Origin: Eledone cirrhosa
Lineage: Eukaryota
DNA: 64,000 nucleotides
NCBI GenBank assembly: GCA_964016885.1
Contig: OZ024740.1
Location: forward strand, 165,168,001 to 165,232,000
Direction: 5' to 3'
Shown: piece after piece, positions 13,670-29,011 of the stretch
Layout of the letters: every line of letters begins with the position of its first letter
Position numbering within the stretch: the first letter of the stretch is position 1
Program-made: the position numbers and the translations under genes
The notes under the pieces: model-generated
Told to the model about the DNA's origin: nothing
Seen by the model: the letters and a program-made list of their open reading frames with translations, nothing else
Databases searched by the model: none

Positions 13670-14020
13670 TGGTAAACGGAATAGAAAATGCTGACAAATT
13701 GTTCACAGTGAAAAATAGTTTAATTAGGAATAAGTGATAATTAGTAATAGTATTGGTTAGTATTAAGTTTTTGAGATAGAGCGTCCGTCATGTTTGCTCT
13801 GATCAGAGCAAACATCACGGACGCTCTATCTCAAAATTATTTTTGAAAAGCATTAGAAATGCGCAAGCGGTAAAACTTAAAACCAAAACTTAATACTAAC
13901 CAATACTATTACTAATTATCACTTATTCCTAATTAAACTATTTTTCACTGTGAACAATTTGTCAGCATTTTCTATTCCTTTTACCAATATATCATAACTT
14001 GTGTTACAACTCTATTCTTT

Positions 14021-14022
<2 letters not shown>
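13666..14022 (+). mobile_element. palindromic small element in (TA)n, family B (second copy 30749-31160)
   Basis: arms centred on GCTCTGATCAGAGC at about 13800; carries a variant HHR at 13839-13876. Confidence 0.75.
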
Positions 14023-14077
<55 letters not shown>

Positions 14078-14124
14078 AATGAATAATAACAGGTAGACAT
14101 CATAAAAAGGTAATTTATTCCGTG

Positions 14125-14236
14125 TGCTTACAAGTGTTTCCACGGTGGTACTGCAGCCTAGTTATGCTACGTACAAATTCACAAGTACTTGCAGAACTCG
14201 AATATCCAATGCTGTGACCACTGTTTCCTCAGAGCA
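14125..14236 (-). ncRNA. type I hammerhead ribozyme with long stem II insertion
   Basis: TGCT-CTGAGGA-AACAGTGGT...ACCACCGTG-GAAAC-ACTT-GTA-AGCA. Confidence 0.65.
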
Positions 14237-14266
14237 GAATGTACTACATCTTGGATAATCCTATAC

Positions 14267-14315
<49 letters not shown>

Positions 14316-14412
14316 TTCAATTCTGATGCTGATGGTTCAATTCAAGTCTTGGCAATACTGCCAAGACTGGAATTGAACCATCAGCACAGTTGAGGTATGT
14401 CAGACATCAATT

Positions 14413-14478
14413 TATTTTATCTGATGAGGACGTACTGAGGAAACAGCACAGTACCTCTGAAATATATATAATAAAATA
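14413..14478 (+). ncRNA. minimal type I hammerhead ribozyme
   Basis: TATTTTAT-CTGATGA-GGACGTACTG...CAGTACCTCT-GAAA-TATATATA-ATAAAATA. Confidence 0.78.
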
Positions 14479-14526
14479 TATTTGATCACATGAATGTCTA
14501 TATTTATTAATATTTGCAATTAATAT

Positions 14527-14717
14527 TAATTGTTTCTACTTTTGGCACAAGGCCAGCAATTACCCAGTGCATTACTGGTACTTTATTTTATCGACCTCGT
14601 AAGGATGAAAGGCAAAGTTAACCTCGGCGGGATTTGAACTCAGAATGGCAAAGACCGTAACTCTATGCGTCAAAGCATGGCATCCGACCCTCTACCGATA
14701 CTGCCAATCCATCGCCC
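14527..14717 (-). mobile_element. tRNA-derived SINE
   Basis: near-identical to the reverse complement of 3590-3777; flanked by TTAATATTAAT duplication. Confidence 0.92.
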
Positions 14718-14840
14718 TTAATATTAATAACTCCATCGCAATTAATATTAATAACTCCAGAAAACTTCTTTGTTGAGTGCTTCTAATCTATTGTAAAACT
14801 ATATTCATTGATTAATCAATGAAACATGTTTAAATTTAGG

Positions 14841-15063
<223 letters not shown>

Positions 15064-15301
15064 TGAGTATGTATGTGAGTGTGTGTGTGTGTAAAGTGAC
15101 GTTCTGGAATAAACAAAATAAAATCTGAAAAAAGAGGAAACAGAGAAGAACAAATAGTCATTGAGCAGGTCGCAGAATGTGTGATGAAAGAGCTTTAACG
15201 ATATAACGAATAATCTATAACTAATAATAATGTACCTGACGCGAACGTCGAGTAATGCGTGTGTTTTATGGGCAAATAGGCAATATGACAATATATATAT
15301 C

Positions 15302-15347
<46 letters not shown>

Positions 15348-15408
15348 TATATATATGTGTGTGTGTGTGTGTTTATATGTATTTATATATAGATATACAC
15401 ACATGCGT

Positions 15409-15441
<33 letters not shown>

Positions 15442-15464
15442 CATACATATATATATATATATAT

Positions 15465-15497
<33 letters not shown>

Positions 15498-15522
15498 TAC
15501 ATATATATATATATATATATAT

Positions 15523-15568
<46 letters not shown>

Positions 15569-16673
15569 AGTGATTGATTATGTTTATAATGTTGTTGGCA
15601 TCCATATGAGAAAATCAAATTTGATTAGAAATTTTATATATCTTGACAGAATTAGATTGGAAATGGGAAGAGAGGATATAGAAATATGAGATGCAAATTG
15701 ACTAAAATATAAAACAAACTCCAAAAGATGATGGGAAACTTCATGATATTTGCGGCTTAAGTGGGTAACATCAGAAATTCGGCCAAATAGATATCCTATG
15801 ATAGCTTTATATCAGCTACTTGTGAAACATGAAACGTACTTTTCACCACTACTACCCACAGCTAAAACCAGCATGAACCAAAAATAAGGCTCTAAACGGA
15901 GGCGCCAACCGTATATCTTGGAAAAGTGTTTACATATTGGATAAAGAAGAAGGATAATGTAATTCTAGAATCAAGGAAAAAAGGACGAGATGATCAAAAT
16001 CGGAATGAGTCTTTTTTTTTTGTGTGTCGCTGTCTTTCGTAATGTAGCAGCTACATTTCCCTCAAACCTTACTCTAACATCTTAAATTTAGGATATTTTG
16101 AATGATATAGTCATAGATAACCGTTAATAGATAATGAGTGAACAAACGAGGGAGCATCTATGCACGTATTATTGAAGGTGGGCATGGGAATTCAGAGTGA
16201 ACTGTATATGATATGCTGTATACTGAGTTAATCCGATAAGGACAGGGTGCACACATTTTGGAAAATCGACAAAAGGGTGTGAGAGAAGATTTTGTTGAGA
16301 AACATCGATCTACAGCGTCAGTAGATATGCTAGAAATAGCAGGCTAATCATCGTTAACAATAGAAATGATACTGTTGATAGACATTCAAAGTTTGCCATG
16401 GTTGAAAGCGGGAGAGGAAGTATATAGATGGAATGGTTTTGGTCATAGGGACATACGCGGTGCTGATCGGGGCTAAGCGACAGCAACCATACTATAGTCC
16501 AGCGTAAGTATTTTCCTTAAAAATACACTCAGCCATTTCAAAAAGAAAAGACACATTCAATAATGTCCCCATAGATGCAAAATCTCCGGAAAGGACGGAG
16601 TAATTCTAGATGAAACACATTTCATAGGCCCCCTTGATCACAGATTAACTAGGGATAAACAACAAAACATTGA

Positions 16674-16805
16674 TATTATCATCATCATCATCATCGTCAT
16701 CAGCAGCAGCAGCATTGCCGTCGACGCCTTCTTCTTCTTCTTCTTCTTCTTCTTCTTCTTCTTCTTCTTCTTCTTCTTCTTCTTCTTCTTCTGTCGTCGT
16801 CGAAG

Positions 16806-16839
<34 letters not shown>

Positions 16840-16900
16840 TTGTCATTGATATTGTCATCGTAATCCTCAACTTATTTTCAGATGATGATGATGATAATGT
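16674..16900. repeat. compound trinucleotide microsatellite (ATC/AGC/TTC/GTC/GAT)
   Basis: direct reading. Confidence 0.9.
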
Positions 16901-16946
16901 TGATGGTCGTGATGGTCTTCGTCTTGATGGTTAAGATAATTAAGAT

Positions 16947-17318
16947 AATAATTGTTTCTACTTTTGGCACAAGGCCAGCAATTACCCAGTGTATTACTGG
17001 TACTTTATTTTATCGACCACGTAAGGATGAAAGGCAAAGTTAACCACGGCGGGATTTGAACTCAGAATGGCAAGGGCCGTAACTCTATGCGTCAAAGCAT
17101 GGTGTCCTACCCTCTACCGATTCTGCCAATTTAAGATAATAATTGTTTCTACTTTTGGCACAAGGCCAGCAATTATGCAGTGTATTACTGGTACTTTATT
17201 TTATCGACCCCATAAGGATGAAAGGCAAAGTTAACCTCGGCGGGATTTGAACTCAGATTGGCAAGGGCCGTAACTCTATGCGTCAAAGCATGGCATCCAA
17301 CCCTCTACCAATACTGCT
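16947..17318 (-). mobile_element. tandem pair of tRNA-derived SINEs
   Basis: two complete bodies, each preceded on the plus strand by TTAAGATAATAATTGTTTCTAC. Confidence 0.92.
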
Positions 17319-17829
17319 ATGACTTATGATGATGACGATGTTGAAGCTGATGCAGGTGCTGCTATTGAGATTTCTGATGAGGATGATAATGATGATTATT
17401 ATCGTCATCACAAAGCACATCTCCAACATCATTATTACTCCCCCCCCCCGCTTTACAAAGTAACCCCGTCCACAGTCTTCATCAGCACTATAACTATCCA
17501 CCCGACACTAGACTTTATCTATCAATAGTAGAACCACCCTAATTGTAACTTTTTTCTTCTCGCAATGACATATACCACCAAAAATAAAAACGAAAATAAT
17601 TCAAATAAAAAACAAACATCTACGTAATTTGACCGTTTTCAATATTTTAGCAATGTCAGAAACAGGACGATATTCTAATGTCCCGACATTCAGTTGTTCT
17701 AGGACAATTTAGGCTAATTAGATTTCAGTTTTGAAACCGTAATTATGTCTGAAACGAAGTAGAGATGAGATAGACTATGATTCATTGAGAAAGACAGAGG
17801 GGCCGGAGAATAGAAGCATACAGAGATAA

Positions 17830-17924
<95 letters not shown>

Positions 17925-18195
17925 CATATATGTATGTGTATATATATATATGCGTGTGTGTGTGTGTGTGGTTGAACTACATTGGTTCCGAACAGGAGTG
18001 TTCCAGTTGTAGGAACAAGCGAAGAACCTGATTGTGAAATTATCATATTATACACATAGTTCTCAGTAACATTTGCCCCGACGTTATGTGACTTGTCGGA
18101 TGATTTGTGTAAGTACATCTCATTTTTTACCAGCTCACGATCGTGAGCTTAACTTCCCACTCATATGTATCTCTCGGGATATATATATATTTATA

Positions 18196-18278
<83 letters not shown>

Positions 18279-18285
<7 letters not shown>

Positions 18286-18445
18286 CAAAATACCGACCGC
18301 GGCGCCAAGCCTTATCAAGGTTTGTTTAACCTTGATTTTGTGGTCCGGAATTTACACATCTCCAAACCCACTTTATATACCCCCATGTATCGAGTACTCA
18401 CATGATTAGTGATGTTCCCGATCTCAGCACAGCAGTCACTCTTAC
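18279..18445 (+). repeat. small snap-back element between microsatellites
   Basis: GATGTG...ATCAAGGTT-TGTTT-AACCTTGAT...CACATC inverted repeat. Confidence 0.5.
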
Positions 18446-18499
18446 TCTCTCTCCCTCTCTCTCTCTCTCTTTATATATATATATTTTTTTTCCTGATCC

Positions 18500-18690
18500 A
18501 ACCATTTTCGTTGCTATGGCAATGCGGCTGGCCTGCCGATCGCTATATTTGATTTGCAAAGCTGTCTAAACGTATTGTTATTACTCTGGGGTACTATTCC
18601 CTATCGAGTGCTAAAGCAACATACCGAATTTGCATTCGTTAGCTTGGCCGCAACCTAAAGCTTCTTTAATGCTGTACTAAAATTTGTATA
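18500..18690 (+). repeat. second copy of the 10118-10315 repeat
   Basis: shared sequence blocks and the same ATTTGTATATA end. Confidence 0.75.
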
Positions 18691-19377
18691 TATATATAAA
18701 TATATATATATATATACCTTCTCCACTCCCTCCAAGCGTGAACCTAATACAACTGTTATTTTGCTTACTGTGTTTTGTTTGTTTCATTTATTAACTATAC
18801 ATACATGTATATATTTGGTAATGGAGTAGTTATATTTTGTGTTTTTCACTTTCTAATTAAATATATATATATATGTGTGCGTGTGTGTGTTTTGTGTATG
18901 CGAGTGTGTAGGTATGTATATGTGTATGTATGTATAACGTTAAATAATAGATCAGGGAGTAGATAGACAAATATTAGATATGAACGTAGAGAGAAAGAGA
19001 CATGTAAACAGATAGATATATATATATAAGCAGATAGATAGATATAAATATGAGAGCGTAGAGATAATGATTGGAGAGAGGAGATACAAAAAGAGGAGAA
19101 TGACTGAAATGAAAAATAAAACGAAGGGTTATAGGACTGGGGTTGGGTTGTTTGAGTGCATGTGTGAAAGAGTTTGATTGATTGGGTAAAAAGAACTAGC
19201 TGCCGTGTATCAGACACCCACATCTACATACACACACTCTCACACACACACTTACTTTTCTGTCTATCTATCAATCTAACTACCTATCCATGTGTCTCTC
19301 CCCCCCTATCCCTATCTATATATCTCTCTCTGTTATATATATATATATATATATATTTATTTATACATACAATGATT

Positions 19378-19409
<32 letters not shown>

Positions 19410-19457
19410 ACATACACACACGAAAATACACACATACACACACATACACGCGCACAT

Positions 19458-19514
<57 letters not shown>

Positions 19515-19997
19515 AGTGAATGTGTATCTTGTGTATTAGGTTTCCACTCCACGCAGCGCTCACATACACATACACACAGAGACACCCAGACACCTACAAA
19601 CAAATACACACACAGAAGCACACGTCATATGTGGTGGGTAGGATAAAGAAAAATGTATAGAGTGTTGGAGCATGATGAAGAGAATGCGACAGACGAGAAG
19701 AGTTGGAGAGATAGATGGAGTTGAGCGAATCGCTGCTATCAAAGAGATTATCAGCACATCACTTGGGTGCGTTTTTATCAATTTTGAAGCAGAATGACAT
19801 TGATTGATATACAGTGTTTGCATGACATATACAGATGGACAGCCAGGCACAAACCCACGAAGATGCATATGCTTACGTATATTGTATGTATGTGTCTGCA
19901 TAGATGTGTCTGCATAGATGTGTCTACATTTACAGGAGTCTGGGTATAGGTTGATTTGCATGCGATCGTCTGGTGTGTGTTTGCGATTGTGTATCTA

Positions 19998-20135
<138 letters not shown>

Positions 20136-20334
20136 AAATATATGTTGCATGACGTCTGCAAATATCAGCCAACTGACAATTTATCCGTCCGTTTTGATAA
20201 CATTTCCAACTCAATGCATCTTTATCCTGTTCCTGAAGATTATAAACAGTAGAGGTGAAATAACGTATCTATATTGAATAGTTTCGATTCTGCACTATTT
20301 ATTCATTCCGAAATACTAGGATAAGAACTTCAAG

Positions 20335-20515
20335 GCCACAAATAACTGTGAATTGATCCAATACTCATGCAACACCTTCCACAACAGTTCCCGTGAAACG
20401 CTGGCATAAGCCTTTTCGTAGTCCACAAAAGAAGCATACACACCTTAGCTATATTCAACAGGGTTTATATTTGTTCGACCGTGATACGTCCGGAACGAAA
20501 ACCACACTGTGCATG
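20335..20515 (-). pseudogene. RTE-type reverse transcriptase fragment
   Basis: translates AQCGFRSGRITVEQI and VYASFVDYEKAYASVSRELLWKVLHEY. Confidence 0.7.
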
Positions 20516-20680
20516 AGTTAACTTGGACCTAACTCTATGTGCCACAAATTTAGGATAGTTATTTATGAGGAGGCAAGACATTGTCGGAAGATGATCTCTG
20601 GCATGCACTGGATATGGTTACTGTCGAGTGTTGCACGGTAGGAATGAATATCAGCTCTCTCGAGAAAGCCTGCTATCGAC

Positions 20681-20862
20681 ATAATTGTTTCTACTTTAGG
20701 CACAAGGCCAGCAATTACCCAGTGCATTACTGGTACTTTATTTTATCGACCCCTTAAGGATGAAAGGCAAAGTCAACCTCGGCGGGATTTGAACTCAGAT
20801 CGTAAAGGGACGTAACTATGCTGGAAAGCATGGCGTCCGACCCTCTACCGATACTGCCAATC
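20681..20862 (-). mobile_element. tRNA-derived SINE
   Basis: full body; ATCGACATAAT target-site duplication on both sides. Confidence 0.92.
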
Positions 20863-20967
20863 GACATAATGTGAGCAAAGCAGGTGAAGAAGTTCAGGTC
20901 ACCTGGAGGTGTAAAAGCTAACTATCTTCAATAGCGTGTTAGTGCTAAACTTTATCTGGATGTAAAC

Positions 20968-21350
20968 CTTCTTCTTCTTCTTCTTCTTCTTCTTCTTCTT
21001 CTTCTTCTTCTTCTTCTTCTTCTTGAGAGGATCGAGGAGGCACAGTCCTCAAATACTCCTTCCGAGCTCATGGGTGTTATGCTATCATCTTGATCGGAGT
21101 CTACGTTGGGTCTTCTGCCAGTTGGTTTTGGCAGTAACCAGCATTTCTTTCCTGAGACATTCTAACCCCATGCCCGTAATATCAGAGCTCTTATCTCTCA
21201 ATCTGGAAAAGTAACGGCTCTACCTGGAGCAACTCACTTACCTCTGGGCTACGCACTCTTTCGAGCAAGATTATTACAAAGACCCTTCGGAGGAACCCCA
21301 TTCCAGTCGCTTGTAATCGCGATCGCATTCTTTCGGTCATTACCCAGTTG
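20968..21350 (-). mobile_element. 3' fragment of a Rex3/Expander-like RTE LINE with (GAA)n tail
   Basis: WVMTERMRSRLQATGMGFLRRV...ERVRSPEVSELLQVEPLLFQIER matches the RTE C-terminal consensus. Confidence 0.8.
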
Positions 21351-23689
21351 TTCTCTGGTATAAATGTTTCCTTTGCTCCGCAAGAATTTTTAGGAGGCAC
21401 TGTTTCTGATTTTCATCCTTCGAGAATCATTATACTTCTTTATGAGACAAATAACTTGCTCAGTAGTGTTGTTCCCAATTTTCTAAACATCAAACGATGC
21501 TTTAATTTTGTTATCAGTGTAAAAAATACAAATTTTGGGGGACGATGTCGAGCAGATGGAAAAAAGTATTTGATAACTTTGTAAGGAAATTATTAATTGT
21601 GCTGGATCTATCTTCGGGTAACTCAGACTGGAGCTTTTTCTTAAGCAACCAAATGGCCTTTATGGTTTCCACTTTTTAATCTCTGTGAAAGATGAAAAGC
21701 AAAATTCATCCATCAGCTATATTTTAACGTTCTTACTTTTCTGGAACCCCTTTAAGCCAAGAAGAAAATTATTTCGAATAAAGGCTGGATCTTGACGGAA
21801 ATCCGTGGGTCTACTATTATCTAGCTAAACTAGAATAAACGAACAATGCAATGGACTTTACATTAGAGCCTTATTGTTAACTCAATATCTTGTTAAATTA
21901 TCAAAACAGATATCGAAAAGCTCACCTCCTCAACTTTGATACCAAAATCCTTTTTTGTTCAAACAATGAAAACAAAACACCGATGTAGAACTATTTCTAA
22001 TTAATTAGTTTAAGTTTACGGTTCATTTAATTTTCTTTCAGAATCCTGTAAAGGTTAGAAATGTCTCTTGCATGCACACAAACATTATAAAAATATGCAA
22101 TCTGGCTGTGATATTTTATTATTTTTTTGTCTATGTCTACTGTGTTCGGTTTCTCCGATGTTGACTACGTGAAGGTTTTCCTTGCCATCACCTGTAACAT
22201 ACCATTCAGTAGCACTATTTTAAGTATAGTTTTTAGCCTTTGGCCTCTTTGAAGAAATCAATTGTAATGAAATGTTATCTGAAACGTGATCCGACTGAAA
22301 CGCTATAGGGAACGAATGCATAAAATATGAAACAATATTGGTCTATTTGAATTAAGTGAACAAAATCTAGCAGGTCTGAACTAATAGATAGAAAAGCGAG
22401 TAAGAATTGGAGTAACTGAGTAGAGGGATTGAGTAGGAAATGATTGAGTTGGACAGCTTTTCCGTTTAAATAATAGCAATGGCTGAGTTATCAGATTCAT
22501 AATACAATTATAATTTCTTATCCAAGCCCAGATTTTCTTGTGGTGAACAGTCTATCATTACTGATTTTATTGAACACGAAAAATTAAAGATCAAAATCGA
22601 CATGGAGGGGATTTGAATCCGGAGCGTAAATGTCCGAAACTAAATATCATATTTCATTTTGTCTGCGCTTGTATCAATTCAGACAAGCCTTTGCATTACG
22701 AGTTAACAAAAATAATAGATAACATTCATTATGATAATAATAATGATGATGATAATGATGATGATGAAGAGAAGAAGGTTAACAACGATGAAAACGAGGA
22801 CGAAGACGACGACTACTGTGAGGATGTGAGTGAAATGGTCAGAGACATTCTGTGAGTGAGGCGATCATTGTCGTTTGATATAGTCGTTCAAGGCATTGTG
22901 CCGAGAGCAGAGACTGACTGCATTTCTAAGGAGGCTGCAAATTCTTTCCTCATCTATTATAGCAGAGATATGGGAAAAAAATGGACATGTAATATTTTAC
23001 AGGATAATCTTTGATCTACATTTGTGTTACCCTTTGACTCCTAATTGAGGCACAAGGAGAAGAAGGTCAAGAGCTGAGGTGACGAGCAATCTTTTTAAAT
23101 CAACGTTTGTTTCCGTGTGACACATAGATAAAGAGATTTAGAAAGACGGTGGTTAGTTGTCTTGAGGAGACAATGAATTTGAGAGAAAAACATGTAAGGT
23201 ATAAACAGGGACTAAGTGACAGAGTGATAGATACATATAGCATCGGAGAGAGAGAAAGAGAGAAAGAAAGAGAGGGGAGTAGAGAGGGAGGGTGAGAGAA
23301 GTGTAGAACGGGAGAGAGAGAGACAAATAGGTAGAGAGAGAACATGCAAGTTTAAAATACAGTGGAAACGGAAAGACGAATTTGAGACTTGAAATAGTTA
23401 CGAACTTGAATAAAGATTGATGGTAATGTTGTTCAAGATACTGATGGTGATGATAATTGTAACGATGGCAGTGCTGCAGGGAGAAAAGAAGATGGGGATC
23501 GCGAAAATGATGCTTTGAAATTTCTATGTGCATATATGTATGCATAGATATATTGTGAATGTGTGTGGATGTATAACATGAATTTCCGGGGGTTTTGTGT
23601 GTGCGTATATTTGTAGGTTGGGTCATTGCATACTTTGACATCGTCTTTGCGTTACTGAGCATGAAGATATATAAAAGTATTTAATAGGA

Positions 23690-23780
23690 TACAGGCATAT
23701 GCGTGCGGTTAAGCGATTCGGTTCGCAACCACATTGCCTCGAGGGTAGTCGGACTACATTGGCCAAATGTTTTTCACTAT
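23690..23780 (+). mobile_element. decayed head of a second tRNA-SINE family
   Basis: GGCATATGCGTGCGGTTAAG...CAACCACAT...TTGGCCAAATGTTTTTCACTATA; similar relic at about 56000-56070. Confidence 0.4.
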
Positions 23781-24262
23781 ATATACATATACATTTATAC
23801 AACCCCTCCCCGGTTCTTGCTTTCTTCTTACTCTTATTTTTAAGCATACCTTATCTAGCAACTACACAGCCAATTCTCTTCATATATTTTGTATATATAT
23901 ATATATATATATATGTGTGTATGTGGGGTGGGTGGGTGAAAGATGCTTCTACAGCAATCTGCCCCTCATTGAATTTTGTATAAGATGTCCTCAGGTGATT
24001 CTTATTCATAGGGAAACATCTATTTTGTTGGAATCACCTCATGTTGATTGCACCCTGAATCCATTTCTTATAAAAGGTGCGCAGGCGAAAATAAGTGGAG
24101 ATACGGTTATATTTAGGGCTTGCTCGGATTGGTCTTTTTAAAATGTTATACCAAAGAAATGAAAAACAAAATTATTTCAACATATATCTTTGAAGAAAAG
24201 AGTGCTATGCTATGTTTTTGATTTGTAGCTATTTACCTTCATTTTCCATTATGCTTTACTAG

Positions 24263-24436
24263 ATAATTGTTTCTACTTTAGGCACAAGGCCAGCAATTAC
24301 TCAGTGCATTACTGGTACTTTATTTTATCGACCCCGTAAGGAGGAAAGGCAAAGTCAACCGCGGCGGGATTTGAACTCCGACCGTAAAGGGACGTAACTA
24401 TGCTGGAAAGCATTGCGTCCGACTCTCTACCGATAC
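24263..24436 (-). mobile_element. tRNA-derived SINE
   Basis: same body as the other copies. Confidence 0.9.
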
Positions 24437-27292
24437 TTTAGTTTTTTAGTGGATATTTCGTAATTGTTTTCCCGTTGCATAAAGACGCTACTTCTCTAAG
24501 TTCGTGATACACATAATATTTCGATATCAGAATTGGGATGAAGTATTCAAAATCAGTAATTTTTTCTTTGTCTAATTTTGCTACGTCGTTTTAGCTTCTA
24601 ATTCATGCTATAACTACATATTCTTATTGAGATGACGAGAGCATTGATATCTAATATTATATTTTGACGTTTAGCTGTTTTGCCTTAATCTGTCGATGTA
24701 ATATTTCTTTCTGATCCTTTCTTTTGTGTATGTTGTATATTCTGTCTACTTCATTGATTCCTAGGTTTTTGTAAGTTTATTTATATTCTCTTGCATCAAT
24801 CTGGATATTCGTGTTCTAATTTTGTTTTCTGTTCAAGATGGTAAGCTTATTTTCTTAATCTCAGTCACATAATAATTTCTCAAGAAAATCCAAATATTTG
24901 TTGCAGTAGTGTCTCTAGTTGTCTGTCATCTCCGGCATAAGACTGCATTAGTGTCGTTCATATACAAAAGATTATTGAGTACTCTATCCTAGCGTCGATG
25001 CCTGCAGCCGGTAGTTTGAAGTACGTTGGTCAAATACTTTAACACCAGTCTGAAGACGGTCTCTTGTTGGAATATTCTTCAATTAAAGCCGGTTTTAGAT
25101 TTCATCATTCCTACTTTTGTGTCACGTAATAAAATAATCTTTTACTATTTATTTATAAAATGTTTAATGTAGTCGATTAGTATGGGTGATACTGCACTCA
25201 TGGCTATTATGTCTACGTCTCGAGGATGCTGTAAAATGCTTTTTGTAGTCAATACATACCAGACTCAAATTCTTCTTTCTTGTACAGTCGTTAGTGAAGG
25301 CATTTCTTGATTAGTAATTGATCTTTACAGCCATATGAGCCTTTAACATCACTTTTCGTTTGTAAACAGGTCTTATGTCCCAGATGTTTATATATTTTCA
25401 AGACAGCCTTTCATCTTTACGGTGTCGATAAAGTAAAGTGCCTGTAAACGCACAGGAGTCGATTTGGCCTTGTGCCTAAATCAAAAACCGATATTACACT
25501 CCAGACGTTGCAGGCAGTATGAAGGAAATCTGTCAGACGGTAAATTTTAGGACTCTCTGTTTCTTTAGCCAGGGAGTTAAGAAAAATTTGTTTATGAAAC
25601 AATCGAGTTTTGTTTTCGTTTTCTTTACAAATTTGTTAAACATCTTTACTAGAAACATATATGTCACCTTTCAATATTTTTAAAAGAAGTTCAATCGTCT
25701 CCTGCTCTTTGTATTTTTCATTCTCCTGATTATAATTGTGTGTTGTTATGGCTTTTATGATTGTAAACATGCAGTGTTCTTTGTTTTAAACAATCTCTCT
25801 TGTGAAGATTGTTTGCCTTTTTTACTCCTCATAAGCAATATTTTAATTCTGTTGGTGTTGATGATGTGCTTATTTGTATTAGATGTTTACTTAGAATTCG
25901 ATGAAATCATTTGGGGCAAGGTTTTGCTAGGATGGAAGAGAAATTGTTAATTTTATTTTTAAAAATCTTTGTCAGTTATCATGCAGCCAAGTACTTTGCA
26001 ACTTATTGAGCAGTTTTTGTTTCGGGCGTTCATTGTATATTTGTAATAAGAAAATGCTTATAAATAATCTTTTTATCGCATTATTTTGCAAAGAGTATTT
26101 TCCAAATAATATTGCTTGTCTCCATTACAACAATTACAACATTTGTGTTATATACTTACTATCATCTTCATTTCGACTTACGCACTTCTAACATGCAACA
26201 AGCAAATGATTTCTGTATTACTTGATCACTCAATTTAAACCAACTTGCTTCATAAATTTACGTCGAAGCATCTTCCCAAAATAAGATACCCTGGAAGCCA
26301 CCCCTGTCGTTACTACAATCTAGAAATAACAACCATATCTCCTACATATATTACCTTTAAAAAGATATGTTGTACATTTCTATCATAGGTTCCTTGCAAA
26401 TAGAGAAAAGTAACGAGATAGAATGCATTTGATCATTGCTCTACTCAACGAGAGTTAAATTGGGTCGAATCAACAACAAAAACATGAAACATTGTTTTAT
26501 AAAAGAACTGAAACGAACATCTTAACTTCAAGGCCTGCTTTTAGCAAACGATGTTCATCTTCCTATTCCAAACCAATCAGATGATACCCCTGAAATATCC
26601 TGTTATGAAAGAGTATCATCTATACATATTTACTTGAGATAAATATTTATAGATAAGTATGCATTTACATTACACTTCAATAAAGTAATTAGGCTTCGAC
26701 ACATCGGGTTAAAACCATACGTTATAACTGGTACAGAGCTAAAATAGAAACACCATAATTGTAGAAAACGTTAGTATTAAAGGTTTTTATCAGAAAGTAC
26801 TCGTCCACTACAAACATGTATTTGAAGAGTGCCTAAAACATTATTATGCTATTAATAGCGAATAATTCTTACAATTACATGCGACAAAACTGTCAAGAAC
26901 AAATCCATTATTATTAACGATACCAGTATTAACATCAAATATAAAACTTAATTCCTTTACCAACAATGCAAAGGACCCGTACCCAGCAGATTTGTAATAT
27001 TTCTTTACTCACAAAATGTGGACGTAGTATGAGCATGAAAATATGTTCTCAAAAAGGCTTACTACTCACTCGGAAAAAAATTAATTGACTCCTTTGTCAA
27101 TACCATTCTGTATGATTACTTTCGACGACACACAACGGATATTTGCTTGGATAACACAAAACAATCTTAAAAACTATTCGTTGACCATCAATTATTGGCA
27201 AATACTCGTACAAGCTTGCTTGCGTCCATCAACGACCAAATGTACATATACATATTTTGTGCTTTTGTATCTGTACACACACACACACACAC

Positions 27293-27471
<179 letters not shown>

Positions 27472-27519
27472 CATATATATATATATATGGAGAAAGAGCG
27501 AGAGAGATAATACGTGCAC

Positions 27520-27584
<65 letters not shown>

Positions 27585-28285
27585 CATTCACTGCGTTCGT
27601 GCCAATTTAGGAGAGAGCAATCAGCTCATAAACTGGAATACCTAAATAACTAAATGAAATCATTCTTGTTTCTTGTTTTAATAAAAAGTGGCATTGAGAA
27701 AGTACAAATCTGTAAATTAGTACTGGAACAAAAACCACTGATCCAGTGTAAACTTACTGCCTTTTATAGCTGCTACACTTAGCAGTAACAGCACCAACAA
27801 TATTAATAGCATGCATCTCTATCCATTCCTAGCCACCAAATGTATCATTATCACTCACTATTTTCGTTATTTGAACAGTCTTATCCAAGTTCTTAATAGC
27901 ATTTACAATTCCAGTCAGCACATGTCGGACTCAATTACACGAGCAAATCGCAAATCGATCTCTTCAATGTTGGTTATTATTTTAGTTTATATTATGTTAC
28001 ATTTATATATATTATTTGCATGCGTGAATGTGTGATGGAAAAGAAAGAAACTGAGCATATGTTTGTATGTATGTATGTATGTATGTATGTATGTATGTAT
28101 GCATGTATGTATGTGTGTTTGTGTGTTTGCGGGTGTGTCTGTGTGTGTTTGTTCGTATTTCTGTATTTTCTTCTTTCGTTTTGTTACGCTTTATTAATGA
28201 AATCCACCTGGTTCCCGTTACAAATTTCTTTACTAATAAGTCTACACAACTTTCTCATGGAACCAATCATATCAATAGAATGTTG

Positions 28286-28320
<35 letters not shown>

Positions 28321-28423
28321 TATGAACAATAACACAAATAATAATTATACTTTTGTATTTACCACAATTCACAACACAAACAATACGAAGGAGTTCTTTT
28401 ATCAAGAATAAAATACCTTACAA

Positions 28424-28728
28424 ATTGTTTCTATGTTTGGTACAGGGCCAGTAATTTGACGGAAAGGGAAAGTCGATAAAATCGACTCGAGTGCATTACT
28501 GGAACTTTATTTTATCAACCCCGTTGATGAAAGGCAAAACTAAATTCCATGGGATTTAATTCATGCCGTAAAGGTTTGCAGCTATATGTCGCAAAGTAAG
28601 TTGTTCGCCGCTCTACCGATACTGTCAAACCCCCACTCTGAGTCTTCTATAAATTACAAACAAATAATAATTGTTTCTACTTTTGGTACAAGGCCAGCAA
28701 TTAACCAGTACATTACTGGTACTTTATA
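28424..28728 (-). mobile_element. older diverged SINE plus a partial young SINE 3' end
   Basis: ATTGTTTCTA..TGGTACAGGGCCAG..TTTATTTTATCAACCCC..GATGAAAGGCAAA. Confidence 0.7.
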
Positions 28729-28968
28729 TTGCCGATGGAAATTCCATTTTACCGCTTTAAATATATTCACCTTATTTTATAATCTATTTTATAGCATCTC
28801 CATGCATGAACACAGCATTTTTTTATATATCGATTCCAGAGTAGGGCATGACCAACACCGATCATACCTTGAGCTGATCGATCGCGCATCACATGTCAAT
28901 AAATATAATGATAATAGATATTTCGTTCCGGATCTTTATTATTATATACATATTACACACACACACAG

Positions 28969-29011
<43 letters not shown>

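Noticed and set aside
24500-26200. Possible ancient LINE (YAGDD-like and KYL-like words on the minus strand)
   Set aside because: Motif order is inconsistent with RT and the sequence is too decayed to support a call
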